From Macrostomum lignano (lineage: Eukaryota), in the NCBI GenBank assembly GCA_002269645.1, contig NIVC01000327.1, forward strand, positions 434,001-498,000: 64,000 nucleotides of DNA. Direction: 5' to 3'. A program made the translations under genes and the position numbers. Shown here one piece after another: positions 37,393 to 48,254 of the stretch. Position 1 is the first letter of the stretch, and each line of letters begins with the position of its first letter. The notes under the pieces were generated by a model that ran no database searches, was not told the origin of the DNA, and was given only the letters and a program-made list of their open reading frames with translations.

Positions 37393-37409
37393 TGGAGGTC
37401 CCACCGAGA
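37393..37409 (+). promoter_or_regulatory. Primer-binding site complementary to the tRNA-Gln 3' end
   Basis: TGGAGGTCCCACCGAGA is the complement of ...TCTCGGTGGGACCT-CCA (metazoan tRNA-Gln). Confidence 0.85.
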
Positions 37410-37479
37410 CTCAACTCGACCCGCACGGCTCCTCGGAGGTCTTAGATCACCCATCTGCCTATTTGCGTTGTTATTTGTG

Positions 37480-37760
37480 GCGATCTGCAACGTTCTGCGA
37501 CGATCTGCGACGATCTGCGACGATCTGCAGCGATCTGCGACGATCTGCGGCGATCTGTGGCGATCTGCGACGTTCTGCGGCGAGCTGCGGCGATCTGCGA
37601 CGATCTGCGGCGATCTGTGGCGATCTGCGACGTTCTGCGGCGAGCTGCGGCGATCTGCGACGATCTGCGGCGATCTGCGGCGATCTGCGACGTTCTGCAG
37701 CGACCTGCGACGATTTCTGGCGATCCGCGGTGAGCTGAGGCGATCTGCTATCTGCAAGTG
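37480..37760. repeat. ~10-bp GC-rich tandem repeat in the Gypsy 2 leader
   Basis: CGATCTGCGA / CGATCTGCGG. Confidence 0.9.
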
Positions 37761-38097
37761 ACCCAAAGACGATCTCCATCGGCCGGAGCGATCTGCACAT
37801 CGGCCGAGACGCAGTCTGCATCCGCCAGAGGCCATCTACGACTGTCCGAGCGACGATACCAGCTAAGCCCGCAATCACGTTTCGTAAACCGGTATGAATC
37901 CCTCTGTGTGTGTCTTTTAGGGCTCTTGTCTGGCAGGTTAGCATTAGGTTTGCGTGATTTTAGTTTAGATTCTTTAGGTTGGGCATTAGGTCCTGCCAGA
38001 CACTGTGTGCTTTTGCTTTTGTTCTTCTCTCGTTTTCCGCTTCTCTCTTCCGCTTCCGCTTCCGCTTCCGCCTTCTCTTCGTTGCCGAGCCGATCAT

Positions 38098-40460
38098 GAG
38101 TGACCGCGAGGACAGGGGTGCCACTGCTGGCTCTCCAAATCCAGCCGCTTCTGCTCAGGAAAGAAAGTTTGTGTCAAGCAACACTGCAGACTCAGAGCCA
38201 CTTCTTGCTAGTACCATTGCTGCACTGCACCGGTTGTTAGAAAATCAATTCTCAAGAGAGTCCCGTTCTCAATCGTTCTACCAGAGTCAACAGAAGGAAA
38301 CAGCTACAGGCATTAAGCTTCGGCCGCCACCGTTGTTCACTTGCACCACGAAGTTTGATGCCTGGGAAGCTCAGTTCAATGCCTACATTGAAGTTCATAG
38401 GGTTCCTCACTTTCAACAGACTTCAGTCCTGCTGTCCCTTCTGGCACCAGAATGCCAGGAGTACTTTCTAAATAACAATCTTACGGACCAGACCTGTGAA
38501 GAGGCACTGAAGTCTATGAGAGCGCGTTACACTGACTCTAACGTTAGGGAGAAAAGTTATATGGAACTAGTTGCCGCTCACCAGAACAGCACCGAATCGA
38601 TTGCCGAGTTTTACGATAGGTTAGCATCTTATGCCCGGTTAGCAGACCTCTCATCTACTGAAGCTGAACCTTTATTACGAGCGAGGCTGTGCCATGGCAT
38701 TCGGGATAAGGTGCTCGCAGAAAAACTCTTGCTTTGGAGCAGTGATGCAGGGGTGAGTGATGAGTCTAGTGGGGCAAACAAAGGCTAAGACTGTCCCGTC
38801 TGCCGAGTTGGTTAAGAAGGCCAAAGAGATCGTTGGTATTCAGCAACTTCTGCAACCCGCTCCAAACTCCTCTGCGAATATCCGTGTCCTTGAAACCGAG
38901 AAGGCGTCTCTGGAGGCAAGAGTAGAAGAGCTAGAGAGACTCCTTCGACTCCAGAACCAGGCTGGAGTTTCCAAGCCTGTTGCTGTCAATCAACCACAAC
39001 CATCTAACAAGTCAATCCAAAATTCAAACCAACACAAGCCACATAACAAGCACAAGAATAAACAACCGCCAAATCACGGGGCAACTCAGCAATTTGGTAC
39101 AGCGGTGTCCAGATCAAGGAAATGCTACAGGTGCGGTGGTGAGGACCATTTCATTGCCGACTGTCCCATCACACCATCACCTCCAATAGCTCACCAGACC
39201 GCTGCTAAGAGTCATCCTCCAAATAATCAGGCCCAGCATATGTCGGAGGTTGGTTCAATTGTTTCCTGGAAGGGGAACTTCGGGTTCATTCAATCAGAAC
39301 AACTTCCCGACCAGCTCTTCTTTCACCGTGGTGAGCTGTCTGAATCCTTGAACCGTTCGGCTGACCAGCACCAACTCGTGGGCACAAGAGTCCAATTCCA
39401 TCGGAAAATTGACTCGGGCAAGAAGCGCGATCAGGCTTGTGGGGTAAGGCCAATTCCATCGATCAATCAGACACATTTAGGCCAAACTAGTTCCGATGAG
39501 CCTGCGGTGGATTCCAGCTTCTTTGTCCAGTTGCGAATCGGGGACAACCAAGCCATGACTTGCCTTGACTCGGGGGCAAACGCCAGCGTGATGGGGAAGC
39601 AAGCCATGGAGAGACTGGTTGAAGCCGATCCGATCAACAACATCTTTTCGCCAGCGCACAAAGACGCAAAGGCAACGGCTTTCAACGGGTCCACCACCCA
39701 GATTCTAGGCTCTTTGCGCTGCAAAGTAGAACTAGGCAAGATTAAAAAGCATCACGTTTTCCTTGTGACCGAAGAATCCACTGCTGAATCGCTCTTAGGT
39801 ATTGATTTCCTCCGTGGTTTCCAGGTGCTGCTGGATTTCACCTGTGGCCAGGTACTCGTGGCCGGTGGAGCAGTGCCTGTGATCGAGGGCGATAAGGGGT
39901 GTTTCGCATACGCCGTGTATTGGCTGCTTGTACCTCTGAGCTACCACCTCACTCGGAAACCCTAGTGCCGAGTCGAGTGATTGACACTGTGCCAAACCTG
40001 AGTGGCACAGTCTCCTCTAAACTTTTCAATACAGACTCAGAATTTTTTGTAGCTAGGTCAGTGGATAGAGTCAGCCCGACGAATCACGTGTTAGTCCGAT
40101 TGCTAAATAGTAGCGATCAACCAGCTAGGATTGAGCGTGACCAAGAGATTGCATCTTTTCAAGAGCTAGGTCATGGAGAAGTTGTAGTACCAACTGCTTT
40201 GTCTGAGAAGGATTTTTCCATAGACAACTGCAATCTCCTCAACAGTAAGCTTTCAAGATTACCACCACCAGAAAAAGGTACAGCAGAATGGCTTGTGAAA
40301 CAGTTCCGACTCGACCAGTCCAGTCTGACTCCAAATCAATTATCCCTAACATTGCGCATGCTTAATTACTTTTTAAGCTAGATCTCACAGGATGATAGTG
40401 ATCTCGGTCGCACAAAGCTACATGAAATGTCAATCGATCTGATTGAGAAGGACAGTCGTT
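38098..40460 (+). mobile_element. Gypsy element 2 gag-pol: Gag, CCHC knuckle, cold-shock domain, protease, dUTPase-like region, start of RT (truncated)
   Basis: Gag (FDAWEAQF...ESIAEFYDRL...RLCHGI), CYRCGGEDHFIADC, WKGNFGFIQ...LFFH, CLDSGANAS, VLVRLLN, DDSDLGRT. Frameshifts near 38770 and 39900; stop at 40381. Confidence 0.88.
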
Positions 40461-40688
40461 CAGAACTTAATGAAAATTTAAGTTTGATAACAGTTGAACA
40501 AATGTCAATAATTATTTTAGTAACAAAAATAGTAATAATATTGTTTTTATTTGTTATAAAAAACTTATTACCATGTTTCCTTAGGTAATAAATTATATAA
40601 ATGAGGAAGGCTCGCTGAAATGTTCACGTATATTCTATTTTAAATTCACGCCAAATCACGCTTGAATACGAAGTTTGTTTAAATGGGA

Positions 40689-41254
40689 TGTTTTGTTTAA
40701 ATGGTAGATTTCTATATGGGAAAGTATATTTTGTTTAAACTGATAAAAAGAATTTTGTTATACACCGACCCGCGCACCCATCCTCCCCTTGCTATCCTAT
40801 AAATACAAGCGATTTCGGGCAGTTTTTCCTTTGCCCGCCGTTTCTCCGATTCGGTCTTAAGAAGCAATTCGTGTTGGCTCAGTTCACTTGGAAAGCAGAA
40901 AGGAGAGAAAAACTGTAAGAAGCCAAGAGAGAAAGGCTGAAAGAAGCCAGAAGGAAGGGCTGTAAGAAGCCAGAAGAATAAGCTGTGAGAAGCCAGTAAG
41001 AAAGGAGCAAACAAACGGTCGCTTAGTTGGGCAACTCCATCCCAGGGTAGCCGCTCTATGACTGGAAATTAGAAGTAGAAATTAGACAGTATTTAATGAA
41101 TTAGATCAGTGTTTGCCGCTCGACACTGCTACCAGGGCTACTTGCATAATTTCAAGGAGTCCTTAGACTAAGATTCCGTATTTAGTGTTTTTCCTAGAAA
41201 TAATAAATGATTGAAGTAGTATACTAGAGTGATAGATATTCTAAATTTACCACA
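40689..41254 (+). mobile_element. Probable LTR of a further Gypsy-type element
   Basis: TG...CA ends, TATAAATA near 40798, AATAAA near 41200, immediately followed by tRNA-Leu-type PBS copies. The left boundary is approximate. Confidence 0.55.
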
Positions 41255-41257
41255 ACT

Positions 41258-41382
41258 TGGTAACAGCAGTGGGATTTTAACAGACAGAAATATCCCCTAC
41301 AACAACTTGGTGGCACGGTGAGACATTATTAGTAAGGACAGGAGTTTCCCCTAGAACAACTTGGTGGCAGCGGAAAGGGATT
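41258..41382 (+). promoter_or_regulatory. Three tandem tRNA-Leu-type primer-binding sites
   Basis: TGGTAACAGCAGTGGGATT (41258), TGGTGGCACGGTGAGA (41308), TGGTGGCAGCGGAAAGGGATT (41362); the tRNA-Leu complement is TGGTGGCAGCGGTGGGATT. Confidence 0.7.
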
Positions 41383-41410
41383 GGAATCCGACTAAGGCGA
41401 CCGCTAAAGA

Positions 41411-41550
41411 CAGCGAATAACGTGAGAGTACAGCGAATAACGTGAGAGTACAGCGAATAACGTGAGAGTACAGCGAATAACGTGAGAGTACAGCGAATAA
41501 CGTGAGAGTACAGCGAATAACGTGAGAGTACAGCGAATAACGTGAGAGTA
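41411..41550. repeat. 20-bp unit, 7 perfect copies
   Basis: CAGCGAATAACGTGAGAGTA. Confidence 0.95.
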
Positions 41551-41730
41551 CAAATGGCAGCACTTAATTATTAGCAGGAACAGGCTAGAATTAGGCCTAT
41601 GAGGCATGTAAAGATCCAAAAGTACGGTTTTATTTGATTGTTAATTTAGGCCTTAAAAATCCAATGGAAGATTGCGTCTAATCCAAAGAGAACTGTACAG
41701 TCTCCCCCCGAAGGGGGGCAAATTCTCTAG

Positions 41731-43998
41731 TCTTATATACTAAATCTGAAAATGTTTGTAACTTTGTTTATAAGTTTCGCATCTCCTCTTGAACCACTTG
41801 GTAGATTTTCGTCAAATTTGTTTCATTCGATGTGGAATTCTACTGGGACCATGTGGTCTAATTTTCATTTTGATGTCGTAGTGTGAAGCCTCTCAAATTG
41901 GAGAAATACTGTATTTCACCTATCTAATTAGTGTATTTTTCTCGCAGTCAGAGTTAAATTTTCAATTTTATATCTATGGTGGTCCGTGAAGTTGACTACG
42001 CGGCCGCAGCATCAGCAGCAGCAGCAGCGGCGGCTCGAGTCTAAATAAAGTCTTTCAATATATAAAGCTAATTATATAGTGTATTTTTCTCGCATTGATT
42101 TTATAACCTTGAAGTTCTTTAAGGTGAGTTCAACCGGTGAGTTCAACCAGTGAGTCTGTTCAACTTCGATTCATTCGTATTCGTGCTGGATTGGAGTGAT
42201 TTGTCTGATCTTCTGTTTGTTTGTTTGTCGGCCTGAACCGGTCGACCTGTCTGATCTTCTGTTTGTTGTTCGATTATTTGTCGGCCTGAACCGGTCGACC
42301 GGTCTCAACAATTTCATGTGAATGTGTCTCTTAGTTTTTGATACCTGGGCGCGGGTGTGCTGTCGCTCATGCCGAAGAGGAAGCGAAAGAGTGAGTTAGT
42401 AAATAGTCGGGAAGCAAAATTGCGTCGTCGGCAGGAAACAGCGGAGGAGCGTAATTCGCGGCATGAGAAACAACTAGAGTATAGTCGGAAGCGTATACAG
42501 AACGAATCCATAAGTGCACGGTCTGACAGGTTAGATGCCGCGCGTGTTCGCGCGGCTGAAAGGCGAGCTAATGAGTCAGACGCAGGGCGTGTCTCTCGAT
42601 TGAACGCCGCACGTGCCCACGACGCCGATATGCGAGCTACTGAGACAGACGCAGCACGCGCCTCAAGATTGGATGCTGCGCGTGGTCCGTTCAAAGCGCT
42701 CTCCGAACTACCAAGAATTGGAGTGAATGGGTAAGTCCATCCTCAAAATGTAGAATAAACAGGAAGATATATATACTTCACACATTTTCATTCTTCATAT
42801 TTTCAGTTTTGTTGATGTTCTCGGTGTCATTGTCAAAGTGGAACAACCCGTTGACGTCAACACGCGTTCCGGAAAGTTGGTGCAGCTCGCAAAAGTCTGC
42901 ATCGTAGACAAATCTGGTTTTCAGACTTTTTGCAACTTCTGGGACGCCTCTGCTACCCAGGTACATTTGTGGAGACCAGGAGACGTAGTCGCCATTAGAA
43001 AAGCCAAGATTCAAGAGTACGCCGGCTCGCTTTGTCTTGGTTGCTCATCATCAACTATTTCGTATTCGCCTGTTCACGACACTGCTCAAGATCTGAAAAC
43101 CTGGTACGAAGAGTCCGAGAGCAGCACCCAATTTCTACCGCTAGCTAATAGCTCAACTATGGACATTACTGACACCGCAGCTGACGACGTGCTTGCATTT
43201 GAATTCCCAGCGTCGATGCAGCCGCATATCGACCGGATGCGTCGAGTTGTTATCCGCTGTGGAGCGCAACGGGTACTTATATATACATATGTATATTAAC
43301 GGGTATGATTTGACTTTTTAATACGCTCGTAGTTTGTACTTGAAGAACACATTAATACACTTTCCATTTTAGTACGTTGGCCTGTTGAACATTTGTAACG
43401 AATTCCTATGAAAGATGGAAAGCTTACGGGAAACTCCCTGAAAAATACGGGAATCTGCTACAACCCCAAGTAACCGAGGATATTTTATGGTTAAATAATT
43501 ATTTAGGATATGCTGCAAGTAATTTTAGGTTGCTGTTTAAGTTAATCGTTGTCGATTACGTTAAGATTCAATGCTGCTGAAAATTTCAATTTGCTAGATC
43601 AAACTTTTGTTCTCAAACTTTCAAGCAAATTAACTACTACTTAAATTTGTTCCAGAATTTTTAATCGAATAAAACTAAACTAACCTAACTAACTAAACTA
43701 TACTAACTAACTAAATTCACCCACAAAAATACAATTGTAACCTTATGCCACATGCTAAAAGTAATAATTAAAAGCGAGTCTCTGAAATAAAAAGTGATAA
43801 GTTTGCCCGCAATAACTTCAACATGTCCATGGTCGGATGCTTTTCTTACTTGTTCTGTATATCAGCATACTTTTGAGTACAAAATGGACGTCGGTTTTAT
43901 TTGATTGTTAATTTAGGCCTTAAAAATCCAATGGAAGATTGCGTCTAATCCAAAGAGAACTGTACAGTCTCCCCCCGAAGGGAGGGCAAATTCTCTAG
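41731..43998 (+). mobile_element. Helitron unit H1 (non-autonomous; carries the STPR-like/RPA gene)
   Basis: 5' TCTTATATACT; 3' hairpin CCCCCCGAAGGGAGGG followed by CTAG. Preceded by a copy of the same 3' end (41625-41730). Confidence 0.88.
42369..43272 (+). CDS. Helitron-borne protein: STPR-like repeats fused to an RPA70-like OB fold (exons 42369-42730 and 42807-43272; 3' end unresolved)
   Basis: RRRQETAEERNSRHEK / ETDAARASRL repeats. A phase-2 GT-AG intron joins to FVDVLGVIVKV...VDKSG...FWD...VVAIRKAKIQEYAGSL...SSTI...LKTWY, which is RPA1 DBD-B-like. Confidence 0.8.
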
Positions 43999-46900
43999 TC
44001 CTATATACTAAATCTCTAATCTATGTCTGTATGTCTGTCTGTCCGTGTAAAACGCTCTACAGATTGCAATTCATGACCAATTTCGATCGCGTTTTCGCCA
44101 AAACATTGCAAATCAGCCAAGGATTGTATGGTTAAAATTTCTTTTATCTGCTTCAATGCTAAAGGTCTTAAATATTAAAAAGACTGTATTTTTCCTATCT
44201 AATTAGTGTATTTTCTCGCAGTGAGAGCTCGAAAAATAATAATACGTCTATGGCCATAGACTAAACTTTCTTTTCTTGAGCTGATGCTGCGAGCTGTAAA
44301 TAATTAAATTATTCGCAAGCTTCAGAGTATGCACGAGGGAGATAAAAATATATTAAATTAATTTTCTTTTATTTTTAGCTTGTGCCTGGACTAATCGAAC
44401 ATTTTTTTATTAAAAGCAACTATTTTTTATTAATTAGTAATAATTAGCTTCGACTATCAGTTATCCCATCAATTGTTATTGCTAGGTCTAAGAAATCGCT
44501 AAAATGCAGACGATGGGGTCGTACTATAAAGCTGTCGTAGCGTAAGTTCGATCGTACGTCAGAACTTTTGCACTGCGAAGATAGGAGCTAAGATCGATCT
44601 TATTTTACGATGGCTTTATAGAGCTGGCCCGATGTTGTTAAAGTGCCTGAAAGTATTGCTAAAAGCTGAGTTGTGCAAAAAATTGCAAAGTTGAAAAACG
44701 AAAAACTGCTGAGGTAGTTCCTCCAGACTTATGAGTGTATAGCTGCAAACTTCCGATGGGATAACTATCTACAGAGTTTTAGCGGATAATAACTGTGAAT
44801 GATTAAGTGCAAGATTTTGAGGGGATAACTGCAGGCTGCTGAGTGAATTATTGTACTTTGCTGATGTTAATGAATGTCAAGGCTTACTGGGGGGAATTGC
44901 TGAAATGTCAAGGCTTACAGGGGGGAATTGCTGAGATGTCAAGGCTTACTGGGGGAATTGCTGAGATGTCAAGGCTTACTGGGTGTATTGCTGAGATGTG
45001 AATTATTGTAGTTTGCTGACATTAATGAAAGTTGTAGACGGAAAAGTGGATAACTGCAGGCTGTTAATAGTATGACTGCAGTCTGTTTTGCGGGATTAGA
45101 AGGAAATTTCAAGAATTATTGAATTACTGTAGACAAGCAATAACAGGCATAGGCTAAGCAGATGGTAGGCAGTTCGAGTCTGCATTGAAGCAGCAAATTT
45201 ATCTGGCTTACTGGGGGGAATTGCTGAGATGTCAAGGCTTACTTGGGGGGAATTGCTGAGATGTCAAGGCTTACTGGGGGTATTGCTGAGATGTCAAGGC
45301 TTACTGGGGGGAATTGCTGAGATGTCAAGGCTTACTTTACTGGACTGGGAGAATTGCGTAGATGCCAAGGCTCGAGTTTAATTGCTGCGATGTCAAGGCT
45401 GACTGGGGGAATTTCTGAGATGTCAAGGCTTAATGGGCTGGGAGAATTGCGTAGATGCCAAGGCTCGACTTCGCGTTGCTGCGATATCAAGGCTTACTGG
45501 GGGGAATTGCTGAGATGTCAAGGCTTACTGGGGGGGAATTGCTGAGATGTCAAGGCTTACTGGGGGAATTGCTGAGATGTCAAGGCTTACTGGGTGTATT
45601 GCTGAGATGTGAATTATTGTAGTTTGCTGACATTAATGAAAGTTGTAGACGGCAAAGTGGATAACTGCAGGCTGTTAATAGTATGACTGCAGTCTGTTTT
45701 GTGGGATTAGAAGGAAATTTCAAGAATTACTGAATTACTGTAGACAAGCAATAACAGGCATAGGCTAAGCAGATGGTAGGCAGTTCGAGTCTGCATTGAA
45801 GCAGCAAATTTATCTGGCTTACTGGGGGGATTCCCAGCCCATTAACTGGGGGGCTTAATGGGCTGGGAGAATTACGTAGATGCCAAGGCTCGACTTCGCG
45901 TTGCTGCGATGTCAAGGCTTACTGGGGGAATTGCTGCGATGTCAAGGCTTACTGGGGAAATAGCTGAGATGTCATCAAGGCTTATGGCATATTGAGCTCC
46001 TGCTGCGGACCAGAATATGCCCAGGCCAATGACGATATGCACTAAGAGTTTGTGCTTGAAAGGATAAGTACTATTTGCTAAATGAGAAAGGGTTTTTTGG
46101 CTGACGAAGGAAACTTTGGCTGGTGAAGGTTTTGATTCATGGCAACTGGGGGAATTGCTGAGATTTCAAGGCTTACTTAGGGGAATTGCTGAGATGTCAA
46201 GGCTTACTGGGGGTATTGCTGAGATGTCAAGGCTTACTGGGGGAATTTCTGAGATGTCAAGGCTTAATGGGGTAATTGCTGCGATGTCAAGGCTTACTGG
46301 GCTGGGAGAATTGTGTAGATGCCAAGGCTCGACTTCGCGTTGCTGCGATGTCAAGGCTTATTGGGGGAATTGCTGCGATATCAAGGCTTACTGGGGGAAT
46401 TGCTGCGATGTCAAGGCTTACTGGGGAAATAGCTGAGATGTCATCAAGGCTTATGGCATATTGAGCTCCTGCTGCGGACCAGAATATGCCCAGGCCAATG
46501 ACGATATGCCCTAAGAGTTTGTGCTTGAAAGGATAAGTACTATTTGCTAAATGAGAAAGGGTTTTTTGGCTGACGAAGGAAACTTTGGCTGGTGAAGGTT
46601 TTGATTCATGGCAATTTATTTTTGCCAAAAATGAGAAAAAGTAAGTTTTGATTAAATAAGTAAGGATTAAGGATAAGTAAGGATAAGGATTTTTAATAAT
46701 AAGTAAGGTTATTACTCCTTGGCCAAAATAAAAACCACTTGGCGTCATTCTTGCTGCAGAACTGCAGATTGTCAAAGAGATCGTTCATTAATCATATAGA
46801 TCTTCCAGACTTAAGAGCGTATAGCTGCAAACTATTGAGTAGATAATTATCTACAGAGTTTTGAGTGGATTGTTGAGTTGATTCCTGCGGACTGCTAAGT

Positions 46901-48254
46901 TTGCTGAGAAGACAACTCTAGGCCACTGAGTGGATAATTGTTTAATCTGCAGGCTGCTAAGAGTTTGACTGCAGTTTGTTTGCGGGATTAGAAGGGATAG
47001 CTTTTCAGATTGTTGTGGCGATAACTACCAATTTCTGGGGGAAGGGTTAACTTCAAACTGCTGAAGTTACTAAACTTCTTGAATAGTATAAGGCTTTTAG
47101 TAGAAGGTCGGCAGTTCGAGCGGCATTGCTAATCTGCTGTAAGTGTTCATTTGCAGAGGGTACATGTATTAGTAATCTGAGAGAGCAGTGCTAATCTGAC
47201 GCATACAATAAAGTATTAAAAATTTAGGAGGATTGCAAATCAAATTTAAACTGCAAGTTGTATACATTTCAAATGGTTTCGATTATTGCGATGCATATGG
47301 CGATTAGTGGCCCTGATTGTGCAAAACAGTGCTGGTGAGCCATTGCTAAACTGGTGGTGAACCATTGCTAACTGCTGGTGAACAAATAGCTAAACTGCTG
47401 GTGACGATGCATTGCTAAACTGCTGGTGAAGCATCTGAGATGTCAAGGCATACTGGGGGGGGGGAATTGCTGAGATGTCAAGGCTCACTGGGGGGGGGAT
47501 TTCTGAGTTGTCAAGGCTTACTGGGGGAATTGCTGAGATTTCAAGGCTTACTAAGGGAATCTCTGAGATGTCAAAGCTTACTGGGGGAATTGCTGAGATG
47601 TCAAAGCTTACTGGGGGAATTGCTGAGATGTCAAGGCTTACTAAAGGAATTTCTGAGATATCAAGGCTTACTAAAGGAATTTCTGAGATATCAAGGCTTA
47701 CTAAAGGAATTTCTGAGATATCAAGGCTTACTAAAGGAATTTCTGAGATATCAAGGCTTACTAAAGGAATTTCTGAGATATCAAGGCTTACTGGGGAAAT
47801 TGATGAGATGTCATCAAGGCTTATGGCATATTGAGCTCCTGCTGTGGACCAGAATATGCCCAGGCCAATGACGATATGCACTAAGAGTTTGTGCTTGAAA
47901 GGATAAGTACTATTTGCTGAATGAGAAAGGCTTTTGGGCTGATGAAGGAAACTTTGGCTGGTGAAGGTTTTGATTCATGGCAACTGGGGGAATTGCTGAG
48001 ATGTCAAGGCTTACTGGGGTAATTGCTGCAATCTCGAGGCTTACTGAACTGGGAGAATTGCGTAGATGCCAAGGCTCGAGTTTAATTGCTGCGATGTCAA
48101 GGCTTATTTGGGGGAATTGCTGAGATGTCAAGGCTTACTGGGGGAATCACTGAGATGTCAAGGCTTACTGGGGGTAAGGTTATTACTCATTGGCCAAAAT
48201 AAAAACCACTTGGCGTCATTCTTGCGCCCCCCAACGGGGGGCTTAAATTGCTAG
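43999..48254 (+). mobile_element. Helitron unit H2 (non-autonomous)
   Basis: 5' TCCTATATACT with a (TCTG)n tract; 3' CCCCCCAACGGGGGG hairpin followed by CTAG; internal 30-bp minisatellite. Confidence 0.85.

Noticed and set aside
38750-38770. GTGAGT...CTAG at the Gag frame change, read as a mini-intron
   Set aside because: About 17 nt is too short for a spliceosomal intron; a frameshift mutation is more likely.
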